The position numbers and the translations under genes are program-made. Positions 9,782 through 18,783 of a DNA stretch of 64,000 bases are shown here, one piece after another. The DNA lies in assembly GCA_048571215.1 (NCBI GenBank), contig CP182352.1:1312001-1376000 (forward strand), given 5' to 3'. Origin of the DNA: Halarcobacter sp. (GTDB lineage Bacteria > Campylobacterota > Campylobacteria > Campylobacterales > Arcobacteraceae). Positions within the stretch are counted from its first letter, which is position 1. Every line of letters starts with the position of its first letter. The notes beneath the pieces were generated by a model. That model searched no databases, was not told the origin of the DNA, and saw nothing but the letters and a program-made list of their open reading frames with translations.

Positions 9782-10658
9782 TTACTAATCTTTCAATCAT
9801 ATTTTTTCTTGTTTCTTCAATTTTATTAATAGGCATAGTATATATATAGAAATCATAGCCTTTTAAATTTTCTTTTTTAAGTTGATTATTTATACTATCA
9901 ATACTTGCTAACACTATTTCTTCAATCTCTTCTTTAATTTTTTTTCTTGCTTCATCACCCTTTAAGGTACCGTCAAAGTTATAATCAAACCCTAAAAATA
10001 TGCCAAAAGCATTGTCTAAACTAATATTGCTTGAAACTCTTTTTTTAGGTAAAAGAATAGTTTTTAGCATCTCATAATCTTCATCTTTAAAAGCTTCTTT
10101 AGATAGGTTTGCATTAATTAAACTTTCATCAAAAGTATCCTGCTTTTTTTCTAAAAACTCTATAATTGATCCAAAAGCTTTATATATTGCGCCTTTTAAG
10201 TCTCCATATAATTTAGATTCACCAAATAGTAATTGATGTGTTGTTTCGTTTATTTTTAATAAATGTACACCATCTGAACCTTTTATATAATCATTATTAG
10301 ATGTTTTAAGCTCATATTTTGACAAAATTTTCGGAGCTTTTAAATGAGCTTCTAAAAAACAATACAATAAAACTTCTCCTAGTTCACCCTCATTAGAAGT
10401 ATATTTTCTAAATCGTTTTCTAGCTTCTCTAGATTTTTTACCACCATACTTGTCACCCATATTTTCAATTTGTTGCCTTGATAAAATGAATGGTATTATA
10501 TGATCATCAAGCTCATCTGCTAAAGAATCAACATTAAACATAGTATTTTTTATTTCTAAAGAAAATAAATTTAATTTATTTTGATTTTCTAATTTATAAT
10601 CTTTTATAACATGATAAAATAAGTCTAAGAAATCACATTTTATATCGGTCTTTAACAT
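9774..10658 (-). CDS. hamA: Hachiman HamA (DUF1837) nuclease
   Basis: GELGEVLLYCFLE..L.APKILSK.ELKT, GSDGVH, FGESKLY (PD-(D/E)xK-like); coupled to the helicase. Confidence 0.85.
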   Translation of the reverse strand: MLKTDIKCDFLDLFYHVIKDYKLENQNKLNLFSLEIKNTMFNVDSLADELDDHIIPFILSRQQIENMGDKYGGKKSREARKRFRKYTSNEGELGEVLLYCFLEAHLKAPKILSKYELKTSNNDYIKGSDGVHLLKINETTHQLLFGESKLYGDLKGAIYKAFGSIIEFLEKKQDTFDESLINANLSKEAFKDEDYEMLKTILLPKKRVSSNISLDNAFGIFLGFDYNFDGTLKGDEARKKIKEEIEEIVLASIDSINNQLKKENLKGYDFYIYTMPINKIEETRKNMIERLVNG

Positions 10659-10704
10659 AAATAATACTCCTAATAATATAAATACTTTTCAATCAAAATT
10701 TTAT

Positions 10705-12078
10705 TTAAGAAAAAGGAAGGTACTCTTCTTCAATATTTGATATGTGATTTATAAAATCATTATATGTATAATCTCTAGGATAATAACTAAATGATTTTAA
10801 ATCAAAATAATCATCTTTAGACATAAAATTTTTACCTATTTCTATAGATAATTGTTTAGCTTTTTCATAGTTTATCTCTGAAGATAAATTTAAATTAGTT
10901 ATACAATTATCTTCAATTTTTCCATTTAAAGATGATGCACCATACTTTTCTATTTCCTTCAAAAAATCAACGGTATATTTATCTGAGCCATAAATTAGTG
11001 TTGGATACACAGATAAGCCTTTAAAATACTTTTTATTATTTTCTAAAAAATCAATTGTTTCATTTAATGTTTCTTCTGTCTCACCAGGATAAAGTAAAAC
11101 ATTTACTTTTACCCAAATTCCATATTTAAAACAAAGCCTTATGAATTGCTGTGCTTTTTCTAAATATTTTAATGGATTATTTGTTTTTTGCATTCTTTTT
11201 AATTGTATATGACTTGCAGACTCTAAACCAAGATCAATTACTTTTAATCCACTAAGAGCTAATAATTTAATACTTTCTTCATTTAAATTAATATCTGCTC
11301 TAGTTTCACAACGCCATTGGTTTTTTAAATTATACTTATTATACAACTCATAAAATTCATTAATCCAGTTTTTTTTAGGTTTAAAGATTGATGATTCAAA
11401 ATAAAATTGGATATTTTTATCATTATATACTTTGCTTATTTCTTGGATTTCATTTACTAATTTTTCTGGCGATTTCATATTTGATACAAGAACATTTTTA
11501 TCAGCACAAAATCCACAACCCATGCCACAACCACGTGAAAGTTCAATTGAAGGCAAGATAGTTTTATAACTATCTAATAATGAATAATCCAATTTATTAA
11601 ATAATTGACTTTTTTCAGGTAAAGAAGCATTAATATATTCAGGTATGCCGCTTTGTTCTTTATTTTTTAATACTTCAGTCAATATACTTTCTGCTTGTCC
11701 ATTTACAATTATATCTACATCTTTAAAAGTTTTTAATGCCCAACTTTTATTAGATAATACCCATCTACCACCAAGTATAATTTTACAATTTAATTGAAAA
11801 CGTACTAGCTTTATAAATTCAATTCCCCAAGAAACTGCAAAAAAACTTGGTATAGAAATTAATATAGTATTATTTTGATTTCTATATTTTTTTAGCAACA
11901 ACTCAATTAACTTTTCAGGTGTAAAAAGTTCCCCTTGATAAACGATAACATTGTTTTCTGCACTTTTTAGTATTGTAGCAAGTCCTAATATCGCATAATT
12001 AAGATACACATGATTTTCTTGATGTTTTTTCTTTTTTTTAAGCATACCAGCTGAAATAAAAATATAATTATTATTCAT
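10705..12078 (-). CDS. B12-binding-domain radical SAM protein (class B methyltransferase-like)
   Basis: N-terminal LGLATIL / ILGG / GQAE cobalamin-binding-like fold; SRGCGMGCGFC (CxxxCxxC); ETRAD, GLESAS, PGET. Confidence 0.85.
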   Translation of the reverse strand: MNNNYIFISAGMLKKKKKHQENHVYLNYAILGLATILKSAENNVIVYQGELFTPEKLIELLLKKYRNQNNTILISIPSFFAVSWGIEFIKLVRFQLNCKIILGGRWVLSNKSWALKTFKDVDIIVNGQAESILTEVLKNKEQSGIPEYINASLPEKSQLFNKLDYSLLDSYKTILPSIELSRGCGMGCGFCADKNVLVSNMKSPEKLVNEIQEISKVYNDKNIQFYFESSIFKPKKNWINEFYELYNKYNLKNQWRCETRADINLNEESIKLLALSGLKVIDLGLESASHIQLKRMQKTNNPLKYLEKAQQFIRLCFKYGIWVKVNVLLYPGETEETLNETIDFLENNKKYFKGLSVYPTLIYGSDKYTVDFLKEIEKYGASSLNGKIEDNCITNLNLSSEINYEKAKQLSIEIGKNFMSKDDYFDLKSFSYYPRDYTYNDFINHISNIEEEYLPFS

Positions 12079-12601
12079 CAGGTTTTCCTATAATATTTAA
12101 TATATACTCCAAACTACTTTCAAAATCTGATATATCAACTTTATGGTATTTAATCTCATTTTTTTGAAACAATTCTAAAATATAATTATCAACATTTTTA
12201 TTTGACTCTTTATCTTTAGATCTATAACCATCATAAGTAAAAGGAATTCGCCCAATTGGTAAATAAAATATAAAATCATATATTTCCATATTTTTTAAAT
12301 ATATATTGAATAATTCTTTATCATCTACATTTCTATTAAATATATAAGCTATTGCATCTATGTATGTTCTATCCGTTATAAAGTGTTCGATAGATTTTTC
12401 ATTCTTTAACTTTTCATTTAACCAAATTTTCTGAAACTCAAGAAACTCTTTTTTATTAAGGTCATCAATATTTGTATGATTTAAATCATCAATTATTTTT
12501 CGAGAATCAACATTTATATACTTTAAAAGAAGTTTTTCCTCTAATGCCTTAGCTAATGTAGTTTTGCCAGTTGAACTAGCGCCAGAAAAAGCTATTTTCA
12601 T
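12071..12601 (-). CDS. P-loop nucleotide-kinase-like protein (AAA_28 / NadR-Ttd14-like)
   Basis: GASSTGKTT Walker A, TDRTYID (DR motif of NMP kinases), YDFIFYLP, DGYR lid. Confidence 0.8.
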   Translation of the reverse strand: MKIAFSGASSTGKTTLAKALEEKLLLKYINVDSRKIIDDLNHTNIDDLNKKEFLEFQKIWLNEKLKNEKSIEHFITDRTYIDAIAYIFNRNVDDKELFNIYLKNMEIYDFIFYLPIGRIPFTYDGYRSKDKESNKNVDNYILELFQKNEIKYHKVDISDFESSLEYILNIIGKPDE

Positions 12602-14319
12602 TTATTATCCATTGCTTTTATTTCATCTTTTCTACAAATAATTGGGACATATAACTTAAAATATGCAGAACCAATAACACCAGAAAACATATCAAAGATA
12701 GGCCAATTTTCTTCAATTCCAGCATTTAATGTGTGACTTATAGATATATCAGGATATGCATCAATGTAAACAACTCTTTTCATTTTTAATTGCATCGTTT
12801 TTTTCGCACATAATTGACAAGGAGAATCTGTAGTATAAAGAGTTCCATTGATTACACTTTCTCCACCAGACTTTGAGATTTGAAGAAAAGCATTTTCTTC
12901 TGCATGTAATGCTCTTTCTCTAGTAGGATTTTTAAACTTTGCCTTATCAAGAATTTGATAAACTATATCCTCTTGAATTCCTTCTTGCTTAATTTTTTTA
13001 GCTTTATCAATTAGTTCAATTTCAGCTTGTTTATCTTTAAAACAAAAAGGTAAAAATCTTTTTTCTTTATCAGCATAATAATTTTTTATAAATTTGTTAA
13101 ACTTAGTTGATCGTTCATATTTACTAAAAACCATATTCCCACTTGCATTTATTAATTGTTCAGGTGTTCTATATAAACATGGTATGTGATTTTCAGGTGT
13201 ATCATTCCAACCAAATCCTCTTAAATAACCATCTTCTCCTACCACTACTGCACCTACTTGTCTTGATATACATCCAGAATTATATCTTGCAGTAAAAGCT
13301 ACTTGCATAAACCTTTCATCATCATTTGGAGTAAATAAACCTGGTTTTCTGATTAATGCTATATATTTCACTAATTGTTTTTCCAATATAGTAGAATCAT
13401 CTTTATCATTATTAATAAATATATCGCCTTTTCCAATACAAGTATTTATTGCTTGTGATTCAATTCCGTTATCATTTGTTTCAAACTCTATAATATCTTT
13501 TAGGTTTTCAGGAGTTAACTCAAATGAGTTTTCAATTCTATTTTTTCTTGTCTCTTCACTTGCCATAATAGAAAAAAGATAAAAAGACTGATATCTATTT
13601 CTAAAAAATTCTATTTCAAAAATATTGCGCAATGCATCTACTATAAAAAAGTCTTTTTTCCCCTCATCTTTGTTTTCTTTTCTAACTAATTTTATAACCC
13701 TACGAATAATTTCAGGGATTATAAAAATATTTAAATCTTTTTCATCTTCCAAATTTATTAATGATGATATTTTACTTTTACTACTTTTAAGTATTTTGCC
13801 TTCATTTCTCACATTCTTACCAATTTCTTGAAATAGAGGTGTATATTTTGGGTTTGACTTATCAATATACTTGTTTATATATTCATTTGTTTTAGAAAGA
13901 ATATCTTTGAAATCTTTTGTATCGTAAGTGCTATAATTTTTTAGTATATCTATAAAACTACTAGATAAGTCTTTTATATCCTGTAAAGTATCTTTATCTT
14001 TAAAAATATCTTTATACTCATCTACATTTTTAAGGTCATTTACAAAAAATAAAAATAGTAAATCTGAAACTCTAATATGAAAAAACTCATTCCAATCATT
14101 ATTTTCATAAAAATATTTAACATTTTGAACTTTTCTATATTCTAAATCAAATTCTTCTTTAGCTCCAGAATCTAAAATACTATTTATATCTATCTTAGTA
14201 ATATTTTTTGATAAAAATTTAGCAGTTTCAGTGCACCCGCTACCTAATGCTCCTGTTAAACCAACTATTATAAATTCACTTCTTAAATTTTTCAAAATAG
14301 TTTGAATATCATTTTTCAC
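12598..14319 (-). CDS. Anti-phage dCTP/dCMP deaminase (AvcD/DcdV type: P-loop domain + deaminase)
   Basis: N-terminal VGLTGALGSGCT; C-terminal SGCISRQVGA, GWND.P, HAEENA, SPCQLC zinc-deaminase motifs; GTG start after AAGGAG. Confidence 0.9.
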   Translation of the reverse strand: MKNDIQTILKNLRSEFIIVGLTGALGSGCTETAKFLSKNITKIDINSILDSGAKEEFDLEYRKVQNVKYFYENNDWNEFFHIRVSDLLFLFFVNDLKNVDEYKDIFKDKDTLQDIKDLSSSFIDILKNYSTYDTKDFKDILSKTNEYINKYIDKSNPKYTPLFQEIGKNVRNEGKILKSSKSKISSLINLEDEKDLNIFIIPEIIRRVIKLVRKENKDEGKKDFFIVDALRNIFEIEFFRNRYQSFYLFSIMASEETRKNRIENSFELTPENLKDIIEFETNDNGIESQAINTCIGKGDIFINNDKDDSTILEKQLVKYIALIRKPGLFTPNDDERFMQVAFTARYNSGCISRQVGAVVVGEDGYLRGFGWNDTPENHIPCLYRTPEQLINASGNMVFSKYERSTKFNKFIKNYYADKEKRFLPFCFKDKQAEIELIDKAKKIKQEGIQEDIVYQILDKAKFKNPTRERALHAEENAFLQISKSGGESVINGTLYTTDSPCQLCAKKTMQLKMKRVVYIDAYPDISISHTLNAGIEENWPIFDMFSGVIGSAYFKLYVPIICRKDEIKAMDNK

Positions 14320-14331
14320 TTACAACTCCTT

Positions 14332-14435
14332 CTAATCAAAATTTAACCCACTCGTCCCATCACCCTTAGGTTCAACCTTTATCTGCAATAGAACTCTTTT
14401 CTTTGTGCTTCCACATGGGAAATCACACCTATAAC
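14332..14435 (-). pseudogene. Frameshifted relic of the 3' end of a different, E. coli-type sbcC
   Basis: Reads VIGVISHVEA and then, after a one-base frameshift, KKRVLLQIKVEPKGDGTSGLNFD*; resembles the SbcC H-loop tail (GVISHVEAMKERIPVQIKV in E. coli, from memory). Confidence 0.65.
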
Positions 14436-16798
14436 TCTACAACATGTTCAAACATCTCCTTTATCTCCAACTCATGACTTATCAAAAATATCTGCCTATA
14501 CTGCTCTTTTATCATATGAAAGGCTTCTAGTATCTCCATTCTTCTTGCCTCGTCTTGGCTTCCGAATACTTCATCGAAGGCTAGGAAGCCTATTTGTGAG
14601 CTTCCGCTTAGTTCGCTTAGGGTTTTTGATATGGCGATTCGTAGAACTAGGTTTGCTAGGTCTATTTCTCCACCTGAGAATCTCTCTATTGGGTACTTTT
14701 TACCTTCATCGTAGATATAAAAGTCGAAGTCGTTTGATACTTCTATGTGTTGGTATTTGCCTTTTGTGATTTGGGCGTACATGTTTGAGGCTATGTCGGA
14801 TATTCTTGGGGCTACTTTTGAGTTTAGTTTTGTTTTAAATTCACTTAGGCTTAGCTTGATTTTGTCGTAGCCGATTAGGTCGTCTTTTTTTGTTTGTACT
14901 TTTTTTAGTTGGATTTCGTTGTTATCTAGACTTGATTGGATGGTTTTTATTTCACCTTCACATTGGGCTATTTTGACTTTGATTTCATTTACTTGACCTA
15001 CTTTTAACTCATAAGTTTGATGGTGTTCTTCGTACTCTTTTTGTTTGGCTGTGTGTGCTGTTTCATCGTAGGCTATTTGTTTGTAGTCTATCTCTTTTGT
15101 ATCGTAAGTGCTATTTTGCTCTGTGATTTTTTTGCTGATATTTTCTAGGTCTTGTTTTACACTATCATATCTTTTTAGCATGGTTTCTAATGATTTCATT
15201 TGTTCGTATTTTGGTTGGATTTCATTGAAACTATTTTCTAATTTTTTATGTTTGTTTTCATCGTAACTATATTTATCTAGTTTGGCTATTTCGTCGTTGT
15301 TTTCTTTGCCTTTTTGCTCTACCTTGTTTAGATGGCTTGATAGGTTTTGTAAATCTTTTTGTTTACTGTTTATAAGAGCTAGTTGTGAGTTTAGTTCACT
15401 TTGGGTTTTATCTATTTGCTCTTTTTGGGTTTCTATTGTTTTTTTATTTGTCTCTACTTCTTGTAGTTCTATATTTAGCTTTGTGATTTTGTTTGTTTGT
15501 ATTTCATTTATGGTTGAGTTTAGTGAGCCTATTACATTGTCGTACTCTTCTAAAAGTGGTCTTGTACAGGTTGGGCAGTTGGATTCTTTGCCTAGGGCTT
15601 GGATTTGTTGTATTTTTGCTGTGGTGTCGTTTATCACTCTTTGTTCTGCAAAGATATTTGAGTTTAGCTCTTTTTCTTTTGTTTGTATTTGAGTTAGGGT
15701 TTGTTTGATTTGCTCTTGTTGGGTTTTTGTTTCTTGCTTTTTTTGTTTTAGTGCCTCAAAACCTTCACACTCTTTTTGTAAGATGGCTATGTCATTTTTG
15801 GCTTTTTTGTATTGCTCTCTTAATTGAACTTGTTCTTTTATCAAGCCCTCTTTTTTTAGGCTGTATTCTTTTAGTTGTATTTGCTCTTTTAGACTTGTTT
15901 GTAGGGTTTCATACTCTTTTTTTATAGGCTCTAAGGCTTTATATTGGAGTTGTTTTTCTTCTAGGTCTTTTAGCTCGGTTGAGAGTTTGTTTTGGTTTTC
16001 TATATTTGAGTTGATACTATTTTTTAGAAGATTTAGTTCGCTTAGGGCTTTTTGTTTTGCCTCTTTTGTTTTAGCAAAACTTTCTAGCTCTTTTTTTATC
16101 TCTAGCTCTTTTAGTTTTAGACTATTTATTTGTTTGCTTTGGGTTTGTAGCTCTTTATTTAGAGTTTTTTTGATGGCTTCATTTGATTTTATTTGTTCTT
16201 TTTTTATTTGTATATCTTCTGCGCTTAAAAGCACTTCTGCAAAGGCTGAAATCTCTCTTTTTAGTTCCCTGCTCTTTTCTATGAGTTCTTTTTCTATGTA
16301 GTCGATTTTTTCTAAACCTAAGAGCTTTCTTATCATTCTTTTTCTATCTTCTAGTTTGCTATTACTTAGACTTGTAAGCTCTTTTTGGCTGGCAAATAAT
16401 GTATGTAAAAAGGCTTCTTTATTCATCTTTGTTAGTTTCATGATACTTGTAGTTACTTCTTTGGCACCACTTGTTATTAGTTCACCGTTTTTATAAAGTT
16501 TGGCATTGGCACTAAGTGCCTTTCCTCTAAACTCTCGTACTACTTTATACTCAATTGAGTCAAATTCAAAGTCTAGTTCTACTAATACCACATCTTTTGT
16601 AGTGGCATTGGCATTTCGCACAATCTCTTTATAACCTCTATCTTTAAACTCCCCATAAAGTGCAAAAAGTATCGCTTCGAAGATAGTGGATTTACCACTT
16701 CCATTTTTACCTATGATTCCAACTAATCCCTCATCAAAATCTAGTTCGAAAGTTTTGTATCGTTTGAAGTTTTCAAGTTTTAGCTTACAAAGTATCAT
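14429..16798 (-). CDS. sbcC: SbcC/Rad50 SMC-like ATPase
   Basis: GKNGSGKS, long coiled coil, CPTC zinc hook, FSGGE signature, FDEVFGSQD, LISH. Confidence 0.92.
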   Translation of the reverse strand: MILCKLKLENFKRYKTFELDFDEGLVGIIGKNGSGKSTIFEAILFALYGEFKDRGYKEIVRNANATTKDVVLVELDFEFDSIEYKVVREFRGKALSANAKLYKNGELITSGAKEVTTSIMKLTKMNKEAFLHTLFASQKELTSLSNSKLEDRKRMIRKLLGLEKIDYIEKELIEKSRELKREISAFAEVLLSAEDIQIKKEQIKSNEAIKKTLNKELQTQSKQINSLKLKELEIKKELESFAKTKEAKQKALSELNLLKNSINSNIENQNKLSTELKDLEEKQLQYKALEPIKKEYETLQTSLKEQIQLKEYSLKKEGLIKEQVQLREQYKKAKNDIAILQKECEGFEALKQKKQETKTQQEQIKQTLTQIQTKEKELNSNIFAEQRVINDTTAKIQQIQALGKESNCPTCTRPLLEEYDNVIGSLNSTINEIQTNKITKLNIELQEVETNKKTIETQKEQIDKTQSELNSQLALINSKQKDLQNLSSHLNKVEQKGKENNDEIAKLDKYSYDENKHKKLENSFNEIQPKYEQMKSLETMLKRYDSVKQDLENISKKITEQNSTYDTKEIDYKQIAYDETAHTAKQKEYEEHHQTYELKVGQVNEIKVKIAQCEGEIKTIQSSLDNNEIQLKKVQTKKDDLIGYDKIKLSLSEFKTKLNSKVAPRISDIASNMYAQITKGKYQHIEVSNDFDFYIYDEGKKYPIERFSGGEIDLANLVLRIAISKTLSELSGSSQIGFLAFDEVFGSQDEARRMEILEAFHMIKEQYRQIFLISHELEIKEMFEHVVEL

Positions 16799-17906
16799 CA
16801 TAAGCCTCCTCGTACTTGCTAAATAGTTCTTGAATTTTTGGTTTTAGTCTATCAAACTCTTTGTTTTCACTTTGTTCTTTTATATGGTCTAAAAAGTACT
16901 CCTCTAAAGATAAAGCTTGAATATCATCTAAGGTATTACCCTCATTTGTATCTTTTTTGAACTCTCTTTTTATACTTACACTCATAGCAAGCGGGAAAAG
17001 TGCTTTTATCTCTTGGTTTTGTATATCTATTGATTGCATGGTTGTTAGGTTTTGAAGTTTTACTTCTACAATGGCATCTTTTGTATCGCTTGTATCTAAT
17101 GTGTCAAGGGCATTTTGATAGTTTTCACAATCTATTGTTTTAGATATTATTGGTCGTATTTTTATCTCTTTGTATTCTACGTCTAATTTATCGCTTAAGT
17201 TTACAAGAGCATAGCCTTTTGAGTTTCGTTTGTCATTTAGACTTGTACGCTCACTACTTCCACTATAGTATACATTTTCATGTTTGCCCACAGAGCCAAA
17301 ACCATGCCAATGTCCAAGTGCTACATAATCCATCTTTTCAAAAATATACTCTTTGTCTGTAGGATAAACCCACTCCCCAAACTCTTGCATCAAATACCAA
17401 GCTCCAACAGAACAGTGCATCATCATGATATTTCTTTTATCAGGGTTGATATTTTTTTCACATAAGTTTATCTCATCTTCTGCTTTTGTTTCATCATTCA
17501 TATGTGGTAAAGTATGGAAAACTATATCATCAAACTCTATTTTTTTGTAGTTTTGTTCATATGATACATGTACATTTTCAAACTCTTCAAATATCTTTAA
17601 AATTGGAGAGCTAAGATTTGTACGTGGTGTTGAGTGGTTTCCAGCTATCATGATGATAGGGATATTTAGTTTATCAAGTCTTTTGAACTCTTTTAGAGCA
17701 AAGGTTATAGCTCTATTGCTTGGAGAGCTTCTATGAAAAAGGTCGCCTGTATGTATTATAAAATCTGGTTTGATATTTTCTATATCATCAACTATTTGAG
17801 AAAAAGCATCGTAAAAGTCTGCTTCCCTTTGGTTGATATTTTCTTCATTTAATATCTCTAAGTCGTTGTATCCTAAGTGAGTATCACTAAAATGTATTAT
17901 TTTCAA
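16785..17906 (-). CDS. sbcD: SbcD/Mre11 metallophosphoesterase nuclease
   Basis: SDTHLG, GDLFH, AGNH, ALGHWH; overlaps sbcC. Confidence 0.92.
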   Translation of the reverse strand: MKIIHFSDTHLGYNDLEILNEENINQREADFYDAFSQIVDDIENIKPDFIIHTGDLFHRSSPSNRAITFALKEFKRLDKLNIPIIMIAGNHSTPRTNLSSPILKIFEEFENVHVSYEQNYKKIEFDDIVFHTLPHMNDETKAEDEINLCEKNINPDKRNIMMMHCSVGAWYLMQEFGEWVYPTDKEYIFEKMDYVALGHWHGFGSVGKHENVYYSGSSERTSLNDKRNSKGYALVNLSDKLDVEYKEIKIRPIISKTIDCENYQNALDTLDTSDTKDAIVEVKLQNLTTMQSIDIQNQEIKALFPLAMSVSIKREFKKDTNEGNTLDDIQALSLEEYFLDHIKEQSENKEFDRLKPKIQELFSKYEEAYDDTL

Positions 17907-18022
17907 ATAAAACCTTATATTTGTTGTTAATAAACATTATATAATTTATAAAGTTAATAATTATAATGAACTCAATAAATTATATAATTTTATTAAAATT
18001 AGTTATAATCTTAACACTTTTA

Positions 18023-18044
18023 CGTCACATTTTCGTCACATTTT
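18023..18044. promoter_or_regulatory. Tandem 11-bp direct repeat (CGTCACATTTT x2), candidate response-regulator site
   Basis: Exact tandem repeat with one-helical-turn period in the divergent intergenic region between sbcD and 18135. Confidence 0.4.
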
Positions 18045-18134
18045 TTTTAAATTGTTTGACTCATCTATCTTATAGAAACTTTTCAGTAATATAAAGCCTT
18101 TAAATTTTTATATGAAAAATAAAGGACTTTAAAA

Positions 18135-18779
18135 TTGAATAAAACAAATAAACATATTAAAAAACTTTCAAATTATGCATTAGTTGGTGGTCTTGGAGCT
18201 TTCTTGGTTACAGGATTAACAGGATGTTTTGATTCTGGGTCTAACAAACAACAAGGGCAAGGTAATGCTTTTAGTAATGCTACTCAAAAACAAAATGCTT
18301 TTGTTGTTGTAGAAGAAACTGCAAATGGTCAATATAGAATTGCTGATGAGTTTCCTGCTTCTAAAACTACTATAGTATTAAGAAAACCAGATGGAACTGA
18401 AAGAATTCTAAGCCAAAATGAGATAGATGCACTTGTAAAACAAGAAGCTGCAAAGATTGATAATGGTACTTCTGCATTAACTAACCCTGAGATGTCAAAT
18501 GGTGGTATGGGTCTTGGTGGTGTTTTATTATCTTCTATTGCTGGTGCTATGATTGGTTCTTGGATTGGTAATAAACTTTTCAATAATCAAAATTTTCAAA
18601 ACCAAAGAAAAGCACAATATAAATCTCCACAAACATATAGTAGATCTCAAAGTTCATTTAAAAAAGCCGCTGCTACTAAAAGTAGTTCTAAAAAAAGTGG
18701 TTTTTTTGGAAATAAATCAGGTAGTTCAAAATCAAGCAGTTCTTTCTTTGGAAGTAGAACTGGCGGATTTGGTGGCTAA
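18135..18779 (+). CDS. UPF0323-family lipoprotein
   Basis: LTGC lipobox, YRIADEFPA, GAMIGSWIGNKLF, Ser/Gly-rich tail; sits upstream of a gsp-like gene as in Campylobacter/Helicobacter. Confidence 0.85.
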   Translation: MNKTNKHIKKLSNYALVGGLGAFLVTGLTGCFDSGSNKQQGQGNAFSNATQKQNAFVVVEETANGQYRIADEFPASKTTIVLRKPDGTERILSQNEIDALVKQEAAKIDNGTSALTNPEMSNGGMGLGGVLLSSIAGAMIGSWIGNKLFNNQNFQNQRKAQYKSPQTYSRSQSSFKKAAATKSSSKKSGFFGNKSGSSKSSSSFFGSRTGGFGG

Positions 18780-18783
18780 TTAG

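Noticed and set aside
10705..12078. Radical SAM as a prokaryotic viperin
   Set aside because: Too long, has an N-terminal cobalamin-binding-like domain and SRGC/GLES/PGET class-B features; viperins have the Cys motif near the N-terminus.
12598..14319. Housekeeping dCMP deaminase (ComEB-like) or Dcd
   Set aside because: 573 aa with an N-terminal P-loop domain and defence context fits the anti-phage type.
14545..17465. Plus-strand ORFs antisense to sbcC/sbcD
   Set aside because: Shadow frames of Lys/Glu-rich coding sequence with no motifs; the same applies to the other short antisense or nested ORFs in the track.
1..17906. Prophage, ICE, integron or IS as carrier of the island
   Set aside because: No integrase, transposase, phage structural genes, attC-like sites or tRNA seen; one could lie outside the window.
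17907..18134. Specific sigma70 promoter calls
   Set aside because: Several TATAAT-like hexamers occur in very AT-rich DNA; none can be singled out without TSS data.
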